Assembly (NCBI GenBank): GCA_030295235.1
Contig: AP026129.1
Coordinates: forward strand, 496,001-560,000
Source: Fistulifera solaris
Taxonomy: Eukaryota
Reading direction: 5' to 3'
DNA: 64,000 nucleotides
Numbering within the stretch: the stretch's first letter is position 1; the number at the start of each line of letters is the position of its first letter. The notes below the pieces were generated by a model that was given only the letters and a program-made list of their open reading frames with translations, made no database searches and was not told the origin of the DNA. Shown here one piece after another: positions 50,052 through 62,840 of the stretch. Position numbers and translations under genes: made by a program.

Positions 50052-51476
50052 ATGGACAACAATAATAAAAAGAAGAAGGATACGGATACCAGTGCGGTGG
50101 AAGCTGGTCGTGCAATCGACCGGAGCTTTTTCGAATCCTTGACGGATGCACAACTGGCCCAGCATGTTTTCCCTTTGTCTCTTGACAACAAGTCAAGGTT
50201 GGCAATTGTGTATCATTTTATCGATGAATTCTATCGCCGCTTTGGTCTCCGCGTGTCACATAACCCGACGGAGAAAAAATGGTACCCCGGCTCTGCCCCT
50301 GGCGATGACACGGCCAAGAAACCGTTTGTCCATATATTCCGCGAAGATAATCATTGGCACTGTGATCTCTATTGCAGTGATTGCCGCGATTGCCGGGATA
50401 CGTGTGCCGGGAAACTAGGAAAGGATTACACCAAGTTCCTTGGGGAGGTCACTGTGGTAGCTACAATTACGTTCAAGACCCTTCCAAGCTCCAAGAAAAA
50501 AGACACCTTGTACAGGGGCTTCGTGTCTCATCTATACTATCATCACGTCCACAATGACGGCGGCGACTTGAAGCAGTTAATGAGTAGTGGGTGGTGCATT
50601 TTGTCGACACCTCATGACTTGGCTGGTGTTTACGATAAGGGAATGGCTCATTGTAAGGAGTACCTCCATCCCGACAAAGGTAACAAGGTTCAGCAACACG
50701 AAAACTTGGTGCCCATCAATTTGGGATCTGGTGAAAAATCCATGGACAACAGGTACCATTTGATGATGTCAAAAAGGGAAAAAGCTGGGATGAAAGGCTT
50801 GTGAATGCGTGTTGCAATGATGAGCCTGACGGTGCTAGCCTTGTGGAGCTCACGAAACACCGACAGGTGATTGTCTCTCTCTTCTATGCTATTTGCTGCA
50901 GGCTTGGATTGGACAATATCGCATCTCCTTTCATATACCCCATGCGTGGCTTTCTTATCCAGAATAGCGAGAAGAACCGCCGCGTGAATCCGCAATGCCG
51001 TCTTTTCTGCAACGAGGAGTCATTGCTAGCCGGCGGTTTTGCTCATTCACCTTCTGTCCCTGCTCAACCCGTCCATTGCGATCACCCTGATTGTGAACAA
51101 TTTCTTGGAACCGTTGTGACGGAATATCCACCAACTGAAACCGATCTTGGGCAACTTCTTGATGCTGGGATGACCTTCATTCATCCCTTGTCGGAACAAG
51201 GAAGACTGGTCCACGTTCTCAAGTCCCCGCTTCATATTCAGCCGCACCAAACACTTGTCTTTTTTGGGAAATGTTGCTCACGCAGGGGCTACTCATCATT
51301 TGAAGAAAGATGACTCACGCAAGCCTACCTGGCCGGCTCTTCATGTCCATATCGATGTCAAGAACAATGAAAGAGGAAGTCCTCTTTTGATCGACAAGGA
51401 CGACACACATCTGATTTTTAAGAAAGTGAATCCTTCTGAACCTAAATACACACCAAGCAAGAGGAAAAAGATTTGA
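50052..51476 (+). CDS. Cys-rich domain fused to a 2OG-Fe(II) dioxygenase (PhyH-like double-stranded beta-helix); probably one ~470-aa gene
   Basis: QPVHCD (HxD at 51074-51082), MTFIHPL, LVF(F/L)GNVAHAGA and ALHVHID after removing one base at ~51265. N-terminal part has HCDLYCSDCRDCRDTC. Adding one T at ~50800 joins the two ORFs (GFVNACC). Confidence 0.65.
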
Positions 51477-52289
51477 GTCACGACCACCAGTGTGCGTTCT
51501 TGTTTTCTTCACCACGAATCATTGCAGTATACAGAACTTCTGCTATTTCAAAAGAGTCTCTCTCAGAAACAACACGCTCTTTAAAGCACTCTTTTATGTT
51601 CACAACTCTATTCTATTTGAAAATTGTATAAAAGATTAGTCTAATCGGATGTTCATATTTTGAAACCTCGTTCCGACGTTGACAGTGTGTTCTGATTAAC
51701 GCTAAATACGTGTCCAGATTTTACACCGGGCGACTCAGTGTGTCCGTCTGCCAAAACAAGCATGCTCAAAAAAGGTGATGACGGACTCAGAATTCCCATG
51801 TGTAGAGACCTACAAACGCACTTTGGAGTATTTACTCATCACTCATCACGTTTCGCGACTCATGAATGAGATCCAGTCGCGGCATCGTAAACCTAAATTT
51901 AGGACTTGGGACTACAGTGCATTGGATGACTTTCTCACTGGTGATCAAGTCACGAAACAGAAATGTAGTATAAGAGAAAGCACTTCGGAGTGAAAACGAA
52001 TAATGATTCTAGTCTACCAGTATGATCGACAAGTTGAAAGCCAACGTCACGAATTGTAGTGATCACGTTCCGTGACTTATTATTGAGAACTAGTCGTTGG
52101 ATCAGGACTATATCTGTATATACTTCGCGGATGGGCATCGTACCAGCAGGCGACACAGTTTCGACATAATTAATCAAGTGCTGCAATGGAAATGCAAAGC
52201 AGCGCTAGAACACGCGAAGAAACGATTTTTATCACTCCTGACCGAAAACCAGCCGCAGTGAATTGCAGGTGTGTTTCGGGTTTACTTTT

Positions 52290-53478
52290 CTATAGTTTTA
52301 TACGAAAGAACGCTTGAACCTTGCGTTCAATGGATGTAATCAATTTGTCCAGCCACGTAGCATCGAGATCATCTTGGACGGAATGTTGTCCTGGTTTTAT
52401 ACTATGTGGATGAACATCCCCTACAGCATTCACATGTTCATTGACTGGTTTGATTTCTTCGTCTGTGGAGCTGTCGCCTTCCATTTTCTCCGTCAGTTCG
52501 AAGAGATCGAACGGATCAGAAATAGACGAAGAGGAGGAAGAAGACACTCCTCTTGGTCTTCCAAATTTCCGACAGATCGAATTCCGGTACATCCAGTTTC
52601 TGAGTCGCCACGACAATAGCGACTGCAGTCAAAGTTAACGCCAGTACTTTTCGAACGATTCCTGACTTTGGTTGTGCTACCAACCAATGAGGCGGTATCC
52701 CTTCCACTGGTCGAGGCAATTGTTTTTCAGCCACCAAGAAAGCAATTTCTGGCTTCATGAATTTCACTTCGTCTCGTTTGTACTTGAGATCTTTGATGAG
52801 TTTTCTTCGCGTGACAGCATCGACCGTGGTTGATTTGGAGGGCGTCGGAGGTGCAACCGGTGGTTCGGCTTCGAAATCTTCATCATACGCGTCGGCGAGA
52901 TCTAGTGGATCTACATTGGCAGAACTGTCATCTTCGACTAAAGTAGGATCGTCTTGCACACTATCCTTACTCGAAACATTGCTATCTTCTGTGACTTTTG
53001 TTTCTGCCGCAGATTGTTCGATTACTTCGTCGTTCGCGATATTTCTATCGTAACGGATAGCCTCTTCGACTTCTGGCTCTGTTACAATCTCCTCTTCGGC
53101 TTCTGAGTTTTCTTCGACTTCTGGTTGTACCGCATTGTCGTCCTCAGCTTCCGATTGTGCCGAATCCTCAGCACCGTCCTGTAGCAACTCCTCGCTTTCA
53201 CTGTCGGCTTTTTCCAATTCCTCCCCATCTTCATTTACTGACGGATCAAATGCTCTAGTTTCCTCCACATCCGATAATGTATCCTCGCTATCCCAGTCTA
53301 ATGACACTTCAGGTTCCGATTCGTCACCACTGTATTCGTCTTCGGAGACTCCATCAACATGATCGCTCCCCCCTCGCATTTTGGCTACCACAACCCATCC
53401 TATCGGGCCCCACTGACGAGCCGCGACAGTAATCTTGGTCAAAGCGGATAAAAACAGCAAATATTGCCTCACGTTCAT
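52290..53478 (-). CDS. secretory-pathway acidic membrane protein of unknown function
   Basis: Signal peptide, MRGG motif, D/E-rich region, small domain (LKYKRDEVKFMKPEIA...GIPPHW), TM helix. Frameshift near 52550. Confidence 0.7.
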
Positions 53479-54146
53479 TTTTTTGCTTAATGCCTTTTGA
53501 AATAAGAAAATAAGAAAGAATGTATGTCTGCAAAAGAGACAATGATGGAAAAATGCCATAGCAATCGCAACACAAATGGCGGTGCGCGGATCTTGAATTT
53601 TGGTCCCCTCGCTTTTCACGTCGGCCGACGCAATCATCTAATAATCAATGACGTTCGTGACGTCAGTGCGGCACCAACGAAGCAATGCTTCTCATGACTG
53701 AAAGTTCAGTCCTGACGGAAAACGCCCCAACACTCGGAGCGATAGTAACTTTTTACGCATAGAAAGAGAGCTTTTTGAAGTCAATGCTGGAGCGGATCAT
53801 AGCAAATGCAGATTAACTATCTTCTGCTTTTAGATAAAAACAACAAATGCTTAGTCAAACAAAGTAATGTTTAGGTACACGAGAATCATTGAAACACTTC
53901 TCTGGCTCATGACTGAAAACGCAATCGTGGATAAAGCCTTTTGAAAACCTTTTAAAACGATCATTGCAATATCGTGGTCGGAAATTTAAAGTAAGATGAG
54001 AAAAATGATTGTTTTGCGATTATTTGTGGATCTCTTCGTATTTTTGTTCGGGGTGCGTGATGCTACATCGTTGAGAAAGTTGGCTAATTTTGTATTAGGC
54101 GTGATGGGCGTCTAGCTTCTTATTCAGTAACATTTTTTCACTCTAT

Positions 54147-55659
54147 TCATTTAACAAGAAGTCGTTCTTGTAATTTTTCTTTCTTTCTACGGTCTTTGCT
54201 ACGTTTCTGATCTTGTAGCTTGGATGCTTCACTCGTTTTAGATAACAACAATCTCTTCTCTAACTGTGAAAAACTGTTGCCTTTGTCATTTACGCTCGAT
54301 CCGTCCAAACCAAACATGAACTGCAAAGTCGGATTCGTCAATAACTGATTCTGAAAGCCACCTTGGAGACAATGGCGCACGAAACTCAGCTGAATAATTT
54401 CTTTCCAACTCGTCAACTCAAGCGTTGTACCGTTGCGAAATTGCACGACTTCTTCGGGTGATTCGTTGTCCACCAATGTGGCCATGAATTCGCGAAAGGT
54501 GGCCCGCTGTGCTTTTTTTGGCCTTCTTGCTCAAGTTGTAACCCGACTCTGTTGACAACTCGGATATGCGTTGTTGCGCTAGATCTATGATGGGTTCCCA
54601 TTCGGAACCTTCCCACGATCCTTTGTGAAATTGACGGGCTGTCACGTTCGCCCCGTCGTCCCCGCCCGTCTGCCACCTCGCTTCATGGATCAGTGCGAGA
54701 CATTCTCCCGCGGCAGCGCGCAAGTCCCCGTGCATTTCATCTAATGATTCCTGTAACAAAGTCAGAATCGCAAGTCCCCGTCCCATTTGCCCTTCATCCT
54801 GACCGGACAAATCGAACTCAGATAATCCCGTCGCCAAGAGTCCCCAGCAATCGAGAGCCGTCGCACGTAGAGCTGGTGGCACTGATTCGTTGCGCCATTC
54901 TGGTTTCGCTATTTCTTCACACAAATCCATCCACGCTTCGGTGGTTGCCGAATCTTGGTGTAAGATTGCTGTATTGACCAGCACGGACATACACATGGCG
55001 CGAAGTGCAGCCATCCGCACGGCGGTGGCGCGTTGAATAGTTTGGATCACACTGCGGAGTTGTCGATCGAGTGACTGACACCACTCTTCCTCGTCGTGTC
55101 CCAAAACGACCGACGTTGCTTCGAGTACGCGACAGGCCGCATACTGCTCGGAGGGCGGTCCCGTTCGAATTGCATGAAACGCCGCCTGTCGAATAAGATC
55201 CGTATCAATGACTTCGTGAAAATTCCGTGTATCGGCGAATTGTGTGAGTGCTTTGAAGGCCCTTCGGAGCTTAGCTTCACGGCGGGTGGCACGTTTCTCG
55301 CTCGCATACTCATTGAGTCCTTCCAGAGCATCTTGTAGCCTGGACTGACGAGCGGCTGCAGTGTTGTTTTGATCGTCATTCTCAGTACCGACTTGCCAAA
55401 AGTCAGAGTCTGTCGACGAAATACAAAGGGTGAGAACCATTCTCTGGCTGTAAAACATTTGACGCTATTGTTCTGTTTATTCGAGCGTACCTTCAATGGT
55501 TCCATCTAGATCGTCTCCTTCAAAAGCAGATTCATAGGTACCGAGTGAATCGGCAATGGTGTGTTCTTCGGAAAGGGCGTCGAAAGCCTCGGCCGGGTCG
55601 TCGGTGTCACCAAACTGCCCTCTTTTGCGCTGTTGTGAATGTGGTTTCTTTTTTGCCAT
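54147..55659 (-). CDS. IFRD: interferon-related developmental regulator (IFRD) family protein
   Basis: EKRATRREA, ALDCWGLL, RAAAGECLALIHE, LSTES...KK, C-terminal LELTSWKEIIQLSFVRHCLQGGF..QL..NPTL..MFGL. Intron ~55410-55490. Confidence 0.85.
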
Positions 55660-56181
55660 TTCTTCCATATGCGTGTGCCTCAACTGAAGGAAGAGCGCTT
55701 TGTGTTCCTTTTTTTCTTTTTTATGTTGGATGACCAGTACAAAGTATTGATTTGTGTTGATGGCTCGTCTCCCAAACGTTCTTCTGTTTCATGACGGACG
55801 CTTCTCATTCATGTCTACAAAGTATATTTCCCTCCATTTCCATTATCTTCAAGAAAGCATTACCTTTGCGACACTACCAATGGGAGGAGTGGCAGCAAAG
55901 GCGGACGATGGATAGACGCGAGTCGTGATCTTCATTCAAACATGTCGATGACGCACACAAGCTGGACGATCGCTTTCGCTTTTTTTACGGCACTGAACTA
56001 CACTTTAGACGAGACTACTGCACCACCACTGCTAGTAACCCGTGGTTTGCGACGATGAACGGGGTCGCCGTTGGCCGTTGTGGTTGAGATGAAGACCAAC
56101 CTGGTATGAAGCCGGTTGCCTTGAAAGGGTTTTATCCTTTGTTCAACGCTCCTGCACCACTATTTGATCAATAATATTAAC

Positions 56182-57808
56182 ATGGCTCTGCGCGCTTCTT
56201 TAGGAAAGGTACGACGAGTATAGACGAAACGGAGCCGACAAGATTATTTAACGCGTACCTTGTCTTCGCTTTCGTACCTTGTTGTCGTTGCTAATCTAAT
56301 TTATTCATCACTTTTCTTTCCCCTTGTTCTGGCAGTTCGCTTCACGTACAATCCAGCGTGCTCGTGTTTCCTCCGCAGCCGTGGCCGCATCCACGCCCCA
56401 GTTCCCCGACTACGTCTTGCGCGCGCCTACCACCGATGTTACCACTCTCGACTCGGGTCTTCGCGTGGCATCGGAAACGGTACAAGGCAGCGAGACGGCT
56501 ACCGTCGGAGTCTGGATTGACGCTGGTTCGCGATACGAAACGGCGGCGAACAATGGCGTGGCCCACTTTTTGGAGCATTTGAGCTTTAAGGGAACTTCGA
56601 AGCGTACACAACAACAATTGGAAGTCGAAATCGAAAACATGGGAGGACATTTGAATGCTTACACCAGCCGTGAACAGACGGTTTACTTTGCAAAAGTATT
56701 CAAGAATGATCTCAAGAAAGCGGTAGAAATCCTTTCGGATATTTTGTTGCACTCAAAATTGGATGAGGGCGCCATCGAGCGCGAACGAGATGTCATCTTG
56801 AGAGAAATGTCGGAGATCAACAAGCAGCAAGAGGAATTGGTGCTTGATCACTTGCACGCAACAGCCTACCAGGGAACTGGATTGGGAAGAACTATCTTGG
56901 GACCTGAGGAAAACATCCGCTCGTTGACTCGTAAGGATTTAGTCGATTACATTCAGCAGCATTACACTGCTCCCCGAATGGTGATTGCCGCTGCCGGTGC
57001 TGTGCAACACGCTGAGCTATGTGATTTGGCTTCGGAATACTTTGAAATGTCCCTACCGTACCCGCGGGCGGCCTCGGTGTTGCTATGGATCCTGCTATTT
57101 TTACCGGAAGTGATTATCTGTAAGTTGTCGCAGTAACGGCCCACTGCCCGACACGGCTCTCACATTTTTTCTTCATCTATTACTCCCTCTAGTGTCAAGT
57201 TCAACTCCGAAGACACCGCTCACATCGCCCTCGCGTACGAAACAGCCTCCTGGACTTCGGAGTATGCCTTCCCGCTGTTATTGATGCAAGGCATGCTGGG
57301 TTCCTATGACCGTACGCAAGGTCTTGGACGCAATCACGCCTCTCGACTAGGACAGGAAGTTGCAGAAAACGAACTCGCTCATTCCTACGCTGCCTTCAAC
57401 TCGTGCTACAAGGACACCGGTCTTTTTGGACTCTACATGGTGTGTCCGGACAACAAGGTTGACGACATGATGTGGACGGTCATGAACAACTTGGTTCGAT
57501 TGGTACATTCTCCTTCTGACGAAGAAGTAGAGCGCGCCAAGTTAAACTTGAAGGCTACCATGTTGGCAGGACTTGATGGACATGCCAATACAGCGGAAGA
57601 CATTGGCCGGCAACTTTTGACTTACGGACGCCGCATGACCCCTGCCGAGATCTTCAGCCGTATTGATGCAGTGACGGTGGATGACATCAAGGCAACTGCA
57701 GCAAAGTTCATCAACGATCAAGATCATGCGCTTGCCGCCGTCGGCGGTATCCACGAATTGCCCGATTACAACTGGATCCGTAGTCACTCGTACTGGTTGC
57801 GTTACTAA
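56182..57808 (+). CDS. PMPCB: mitochondrial processing peptidase beta subunit
   Basis: [24 protein letters not shown] (HxxEH), [32 protein letters not shown]-terminal YWLRY. Introns 56209-56335 and 57121-57192. Confidence 0.97.
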
Positions 57809-57905
57809 AGACGGAAGATGGGAATCTAATTAAAGAACTAGTAAGCAATCTGAATAAAAGTTCCATCATTTACAATAGCATCAAATGAAGGGAAGGCAAC
57901 GATGA

Positions 57906-58771
57906 TTACATTCCGAGGTCAATTGCACGATGCATCATAAGGGTCGTTGCCAGCCACACCGAGTTCTGAATCGTCGCACTGTTGACAATCAACTCATCCA
58001 ACTCGTCCTTGACGGGTGCTCCTCTTCGTAGATCCCACCACCAAGGAGCGTGACATAAAATGCCGCTCCTACAACAACAAATGCAATGGGGAAGGTAATA
58101 CTCGGTCTGAGAAACCACGGAGGTCGTTCACCCGTTTCACCTTCGAATAATCCAAAGAAATAAAAGTTCTTGGCCTTTTCTAAGAATCCTTCGAACCCTT
58201 CTTTCGGAACATCATTCGCTCGTAGTGCTTGTCGTGCCGCAAATGCTGCTTGAATTTCACTAGCCGTCCGGGGTGTATTGTCGGCCATAGCCAAGGAATC
58301 GAAATCAATGTTGGCCGTCGCGGGCTGTGCACTTAATACACACAAATCCAGCTCCAACAGTGCATTTGGAGGAACGACATCCGTGACTCCAGCGGCTCCA
58401 TATCCAAGTGCGGGATCGGTCACTTGAATAACGGCCCGTTCACCGATCGACATGCTCCGCAAGGCTTTGTCCCATGCGGGGATCATGGCCGTATCACCGA
58501 CCACCATTTTTTTGCTTGGGCGATCGTGCAATAACTTTCGAGTTTGCGTAGCATGTATATTGCACGGTAGCAATGTCTCCGAGATTCAGTTTTTCGCCAG
58601 TTCCTGGTGCTATCACTTTTTGAGGAGTTTGCTGTCTTCGGTTAATGGCTGTACTGTCGACGCCATCACCGTCGCTCGGAATTGTAGTTGTCTCAGCGTA
58701 GCAGAAGGCACGAAGGCATCACTTGTCCTTATTGCTGCGCATAGCACAAGAAGCTGTACAAATCTATGCAT
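57906..58771 (-). CDS. plastid-targeted FKBP-type peptidyl-prolyl isomerase with C-terminal TM helix
   Basis: Signal peptide plus DAF. MIPAWDKALRSMSIGERA...LGYGAAGVTDVVPPNALLELDL. Frameshifts at both ends. Confidence 0.85.
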
Positions 58772-59463
58772 CTTTGTTGTGATGATTCTGTTCATGATAT
58801 GCTAGATGACAACGACTGCAGCAACAACTTACGCCGACAAGAAAAGCTACAATAAAACAGTAGAAGTTCAAGTTTGCGGTCTATCCGGCCATCCGGCACC
58901 AGGCTTGAAGAAAGGAGAAAGGATGACAGAGTATACGAAGTGACGTCATCCGTAGGTACTACGTACGGCACTCGGTAGAAAGATTTCGACACCGTTCACC
59001 GTCTACCACCGGTAAGGTTACTGGTACAAGTACCAGGTAATGTCGGTGAAAACAACAATAGAAGCAACGCTTCGAATGTCTACGTCGACTTCACGTAGCT
59101 CTCGTAAGGTGAAATTCATCGAACAAGGGGGTACCCGGAGATACAGATACAGTCGATAAATAATTTCGACCACACCATTTTTAGATCTATTGTGCTCCAA
59201 ATCCATTGTCGCTTCCTTCGTTTAATGTTATGAAACGATGACTAACATTAATTAATCATCCAAACGCGAAAGGAACGAAAGACTCAACGCTCTGAATGTC
59301 TACTTGTATATCACGTAGGTCTCGTGAAAGAATAATTAATCGACAGAACGGTACCCGGATATTCTGGTTATCACCGCACCTCTTTATTTTTTTTTCTCTT
59401 TGGTCGTTTTTCAATCAAATCGATTTCAGGTAGTCGCCAACGAAAACATTTCATTCCAACAGT

Positions 59464-60279
59464 ATGTTTAAAATAATATTCGCACTGGCCGTTTCAGCAC
59501 TCTACTTCTCGCCGGGAAGCGCGTTTACGCCGCGGCGCCCCGGACGACACACCCACATTCGATTGTTTGCGTCGTCGTTGCTCAAACCGGCCGCTGTCCC
59601 TTTGATGGATGCTGGAAAGGCAGTCGCTCGATCGGGAGAACTAATAATTGAACTCACAACAGTCGAGAATATCTACGGGGGCGCCTTGTCGGCTGTCGGA
59701 GCACAAGTACGCAACGCGGGGGATTGTCTAGCGCAAGCGGCAGCGTCTTGTCGATTCAAAACGGGAAGTGAACTGGTGACAGATGAATTACGAGAAGCTG
59801 CGACCTGTTTACAAGAAGCCGTAGCAAAAATGGAATTGGGGGCACATGAAGCGCTGGTCGATAACCGAAACGAAATGGCGTCTTCCATGGGTAAGAGGAT
59901 GCATCGCTGTCGAATGAAATGCCCCTGGTACTTTGTAAACCTGCAATGCTCTACGCTGACATCTAATTGCTGTGATTCTCCAGAAAAATCAATATCTGTC
60001 TTGGCGGACTGTGGCCGGGCATTGGAATCCGCGGGGGCCGGCATCATGACTCACGAGCCCGTGGATAAGATTGGAACCTATCTGGTGGATGCTTCGGAAC
60101 AACTTCTTTTATTTTCTCAACTTACCTTACAATTAGCTCCCAATCGTGAAGAGGCAAAAGTGGCTAGTCAACGCTTGACATTTGCTGCGGAACGAATGAA
60201 AATCGCTGGGAATGAATTGCAAGGAATCCAACTGGCGAAGAAGACCGGGAAAAGTTGGCTGAAAGGTGGAAATTTGTAG
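59464..60279 (+). CDS. plastid-targeted helical hypothetical protein
   Basis: Signal peptide plus SAF. In-frame read-through intron ~59891-59982. Confidence 0.7.
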   Translation: MFKIIFALAVSALYFSPGSAFTPRRPGRHTHIRLFASSLLKPAAVPLMDAGKAVARSGELIIELTTVENIYGGALSAVGAQVRNAGDCLAQAAASCRFKTGSELVTDELREAATCLQEAVAKMELGAHEALVDNRNEMASSMGKRMHRCRMKCPWYFVNLQCSTLTSNCCDSPEKSISVLADCGRALESAGAGIMTHEPVDKIGTYLVDASEQLLLFSQLTLQLAPNREEAKVASQRLTFAAERMKIAGNELQGIQLAKKTGKSWLKGGNL

Positions 60280-61045
60280 ATTGACAAGTTTGCCACCTTA
60301 TTCTTGTTGCCGATGCGTACATAGTGTCGGTAAACACTCACAGCCTAGAGTGCAAGTCCGAGTCATGTTTAGAACATGGACCTGTTTCTATTCTCGCCTT
60401 TCTATTAGTTTCATATGGAATGAATCTATAGAAGTAGGAACGTTCCGTTCTTCTTTGAGAGTCAAAAGAAACAATCGTCACTCCGCATTACCTCTAGCTC
60501 GTGAGTATTTGGCACGCGGAGCAAGGCGAGGTTTCGTGTTTCGTGAATACCTGGTAAAAAGGTTGAAGCTGTTGGAGTTTCAGGGTTACAGTAGACTGCT
60601 TGGGCCAAGAAGCCTTACAAGTACTGATAAAGTCGTGTAGTCAGTAGTAATCACTCATGCCCTCGCTGAGCGTTCGGGTTATTGAATACTGCATAAACGA
60701 AAGAGCGTCGTGCCGCAAATAAATAGCCAAAACAAAAGCCTTTTGATTCTTTCGCCTACTTACTCTACCTTTTAAAGTGCGCGGAACGGCGCGGCGAACT
60801 TCTGAGGTGGAAGTGTTCCCGAATTCGGAGATTCTTTCGTGGCGCTGTGCAGTTTTCAACTTTGAAATTGCCTCTTTGTTGCACTTTCCCCACTTCTTGT
60901 TCCATTCGAAGTGGCATAACTGCACGAATGACTCAATGAACATTCTTCTCCAACATAACATCACAAAATTGCAAGACAGCAAAACGCAACGATTGCATTT
61001 CACGCATTCACACAAAAAAAAGAAAACAACTCACTTGAAGAAATC

Positions 61046-61708
61046 ATGGCCGTCGTTACTCGACAGTCTTCCGCCAAACGATCTCGACCGGCTATGCGCC
61101 GACAATCCGTAGAAAATCTAACTGTTGGTTTACCCCTGACACGGCTTCATCGCTTGCTCGACGAAACGCTTCCGCAGTTCGATCGACCACTCGCTGTGGC
61201 GGCTGCTAACGCGTACAGCGACCTTTTGACGCGACGGGATGATGGTCGCGATGATCTGGTGCGCATTGATGATGTACTGAGTGCATTTCTCAACAACAAC
61301 CGGTATAAGCCGAAAGCAGAAATCATTTTCGAGGTTCACTTTCTGCAGGGAATGATCCGGGACAGTTTGTATCATACGGAAGAGGCCCGAATGTCGTACA
61401 CACGAGCTCTCTGGATTGCTTCTTGCACCCAAAGTATTCCTCAGATGAAACTCGCCTCCACTTTGCATCATCTAGCTAAAACCTATGCGCAGACGGGAAA
61501 CTATGTAGAAGCAACCAAGTTACTCGGCAAAGCTTTGACGGAATATGAAAGTTGTCAAATGTCGGAGAAACACGCTTGCATGGAAGATGCTCGACAGTGT
61601 TATCGTATCTCCTTGGAGAAGCAACTGGGCAATCAACTGACACGTTCTGCCGTCCATCGACTCTCGCGTATATTTGAAGAAAGTGAAAGCGAACAACCAG
61701 CGCTCTAA
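61046..61708 (+). CDS. TPR-containing protein
   Basis: EEARMSYTRALWI...LASTLHHLAKTYAQTGNYVEATKLLGKAL. Confidence 0.75.
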   Translation: MAVVTRQSSAKRSRPAMRRQSVENLTVGLPLTRLHRLLDETLPQFDRPLAVAAANAYSDLLTRRDDGRDDLVRIDDVLSAFLNNNRYKPKAEIIFEVHFLQGMIRDSLYHTEEARMSYTRALWIASCTQSIPQMKLASTLHHLAKTYAQTGNYVEATKLLGKALTEYESCQMSEKHACMEDARQCYRISLEKQLGNQLTRSAVHRLSRIFEESESEQPAL

Positions 61709-61840
61709 CTGGAAAAGCACTCACAATGAGATTATATCATAGAATAGAGATAAGATAAGCTACCATGTATGTATCAACCAACTGAATCGCATTTATGAAT
61801 AGAAACATCGCTATATGATCATCCGAGGCGTCTGCGCAAT

Positions 61841-62840
61841 TCATCGTTCTACTGGCACGTTATTTCGTCCTCCAAATCGACGCTGCCGTTCGGCATACCA
61901 CTCCAAGGCTGCTTCTAATTCTTCTCGATCAAAGTCCGGCCACAAACAATCCGTAAAATAGAGCTCAGCGTACGCCGCATTCCACAATAAAAAGTTACTT
62001 AATCGGGATTCCCCACTTGTTCGAATAATAAGATCGGGATCAGGAAGATGCCGTGTCGATAAGGCAGATGTAAAAGGTCTTCTGTGATGTCATCTGGTTG
62101 CAGCAAGCCAACTTGAACTTGTCGAGCCAACTGTTGTGCAGCCTGTACCAGATCTTTTCGACCACCATAATTGATCGCCAAGTTCAGAGTAAATCGTTTT
62201 GTTGAGTGTGTTGAATCAGCCAAGCTGCTCGTCGCCAATGTTCCCTCTTGTAGACGCTCTAATGCCTTTACCAGACTCGTCGGAATACGCTCGTCGTTTA
62301 AATTTCCCAAAACTGTAATTCGAATTTGCTCCCGACACGCCTTGTCGTAAAAATCATGCGCGGTCTGCTCCATGACACGAAAGACGGAGCTCACTTCTTG
62401 CGGTGATCGGTTCCAATTTTCGGTGGAAAAGGCAAACATTGTACAACATTCGACCCCATGTTCTCGCAATACGGGTAGGGTATTAATTAAACGTTGGGCG
62501 CCTTGTCGGTGACCGGAAATAACACTTTGATTGTTTTGCTGAGCCCATCGCGCGTTTCCGTCACAAATGAAGGCAACGTGTTTGGGACTTTTCGTGGGTT
62601 CAAAATGTTGAGTTTCTTCGATCAATCTCAGATCTTCACCATTAGCAGAGCGAACTGTTTGATGATCGTTCAATGTCGACGACGAGGTGAAGGTTGACTT
62701 TGAAAAAGAACATAGTTGACCGCCAAGTTGACTGCCGATTCGAAATGGACGGATCCACGCCACTCCAAGGGAAATTCCCCAGAGAAAGAAAGAAACGAGC
62801 CTTGTTCTTCGCCCTCATCCGTCTCGATCTTGTTATCCAT
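61841..62840 (-). CDS. cis-prenyltransferase (UPPS/dehydrodolichyl-PP synthase family)
   Basis: [39 protein letters not shown], and after a frameshift [19 protein letters not shown]...AELYF...WPDF...RRFGG. Start uncertain. Confidence 0.93.
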
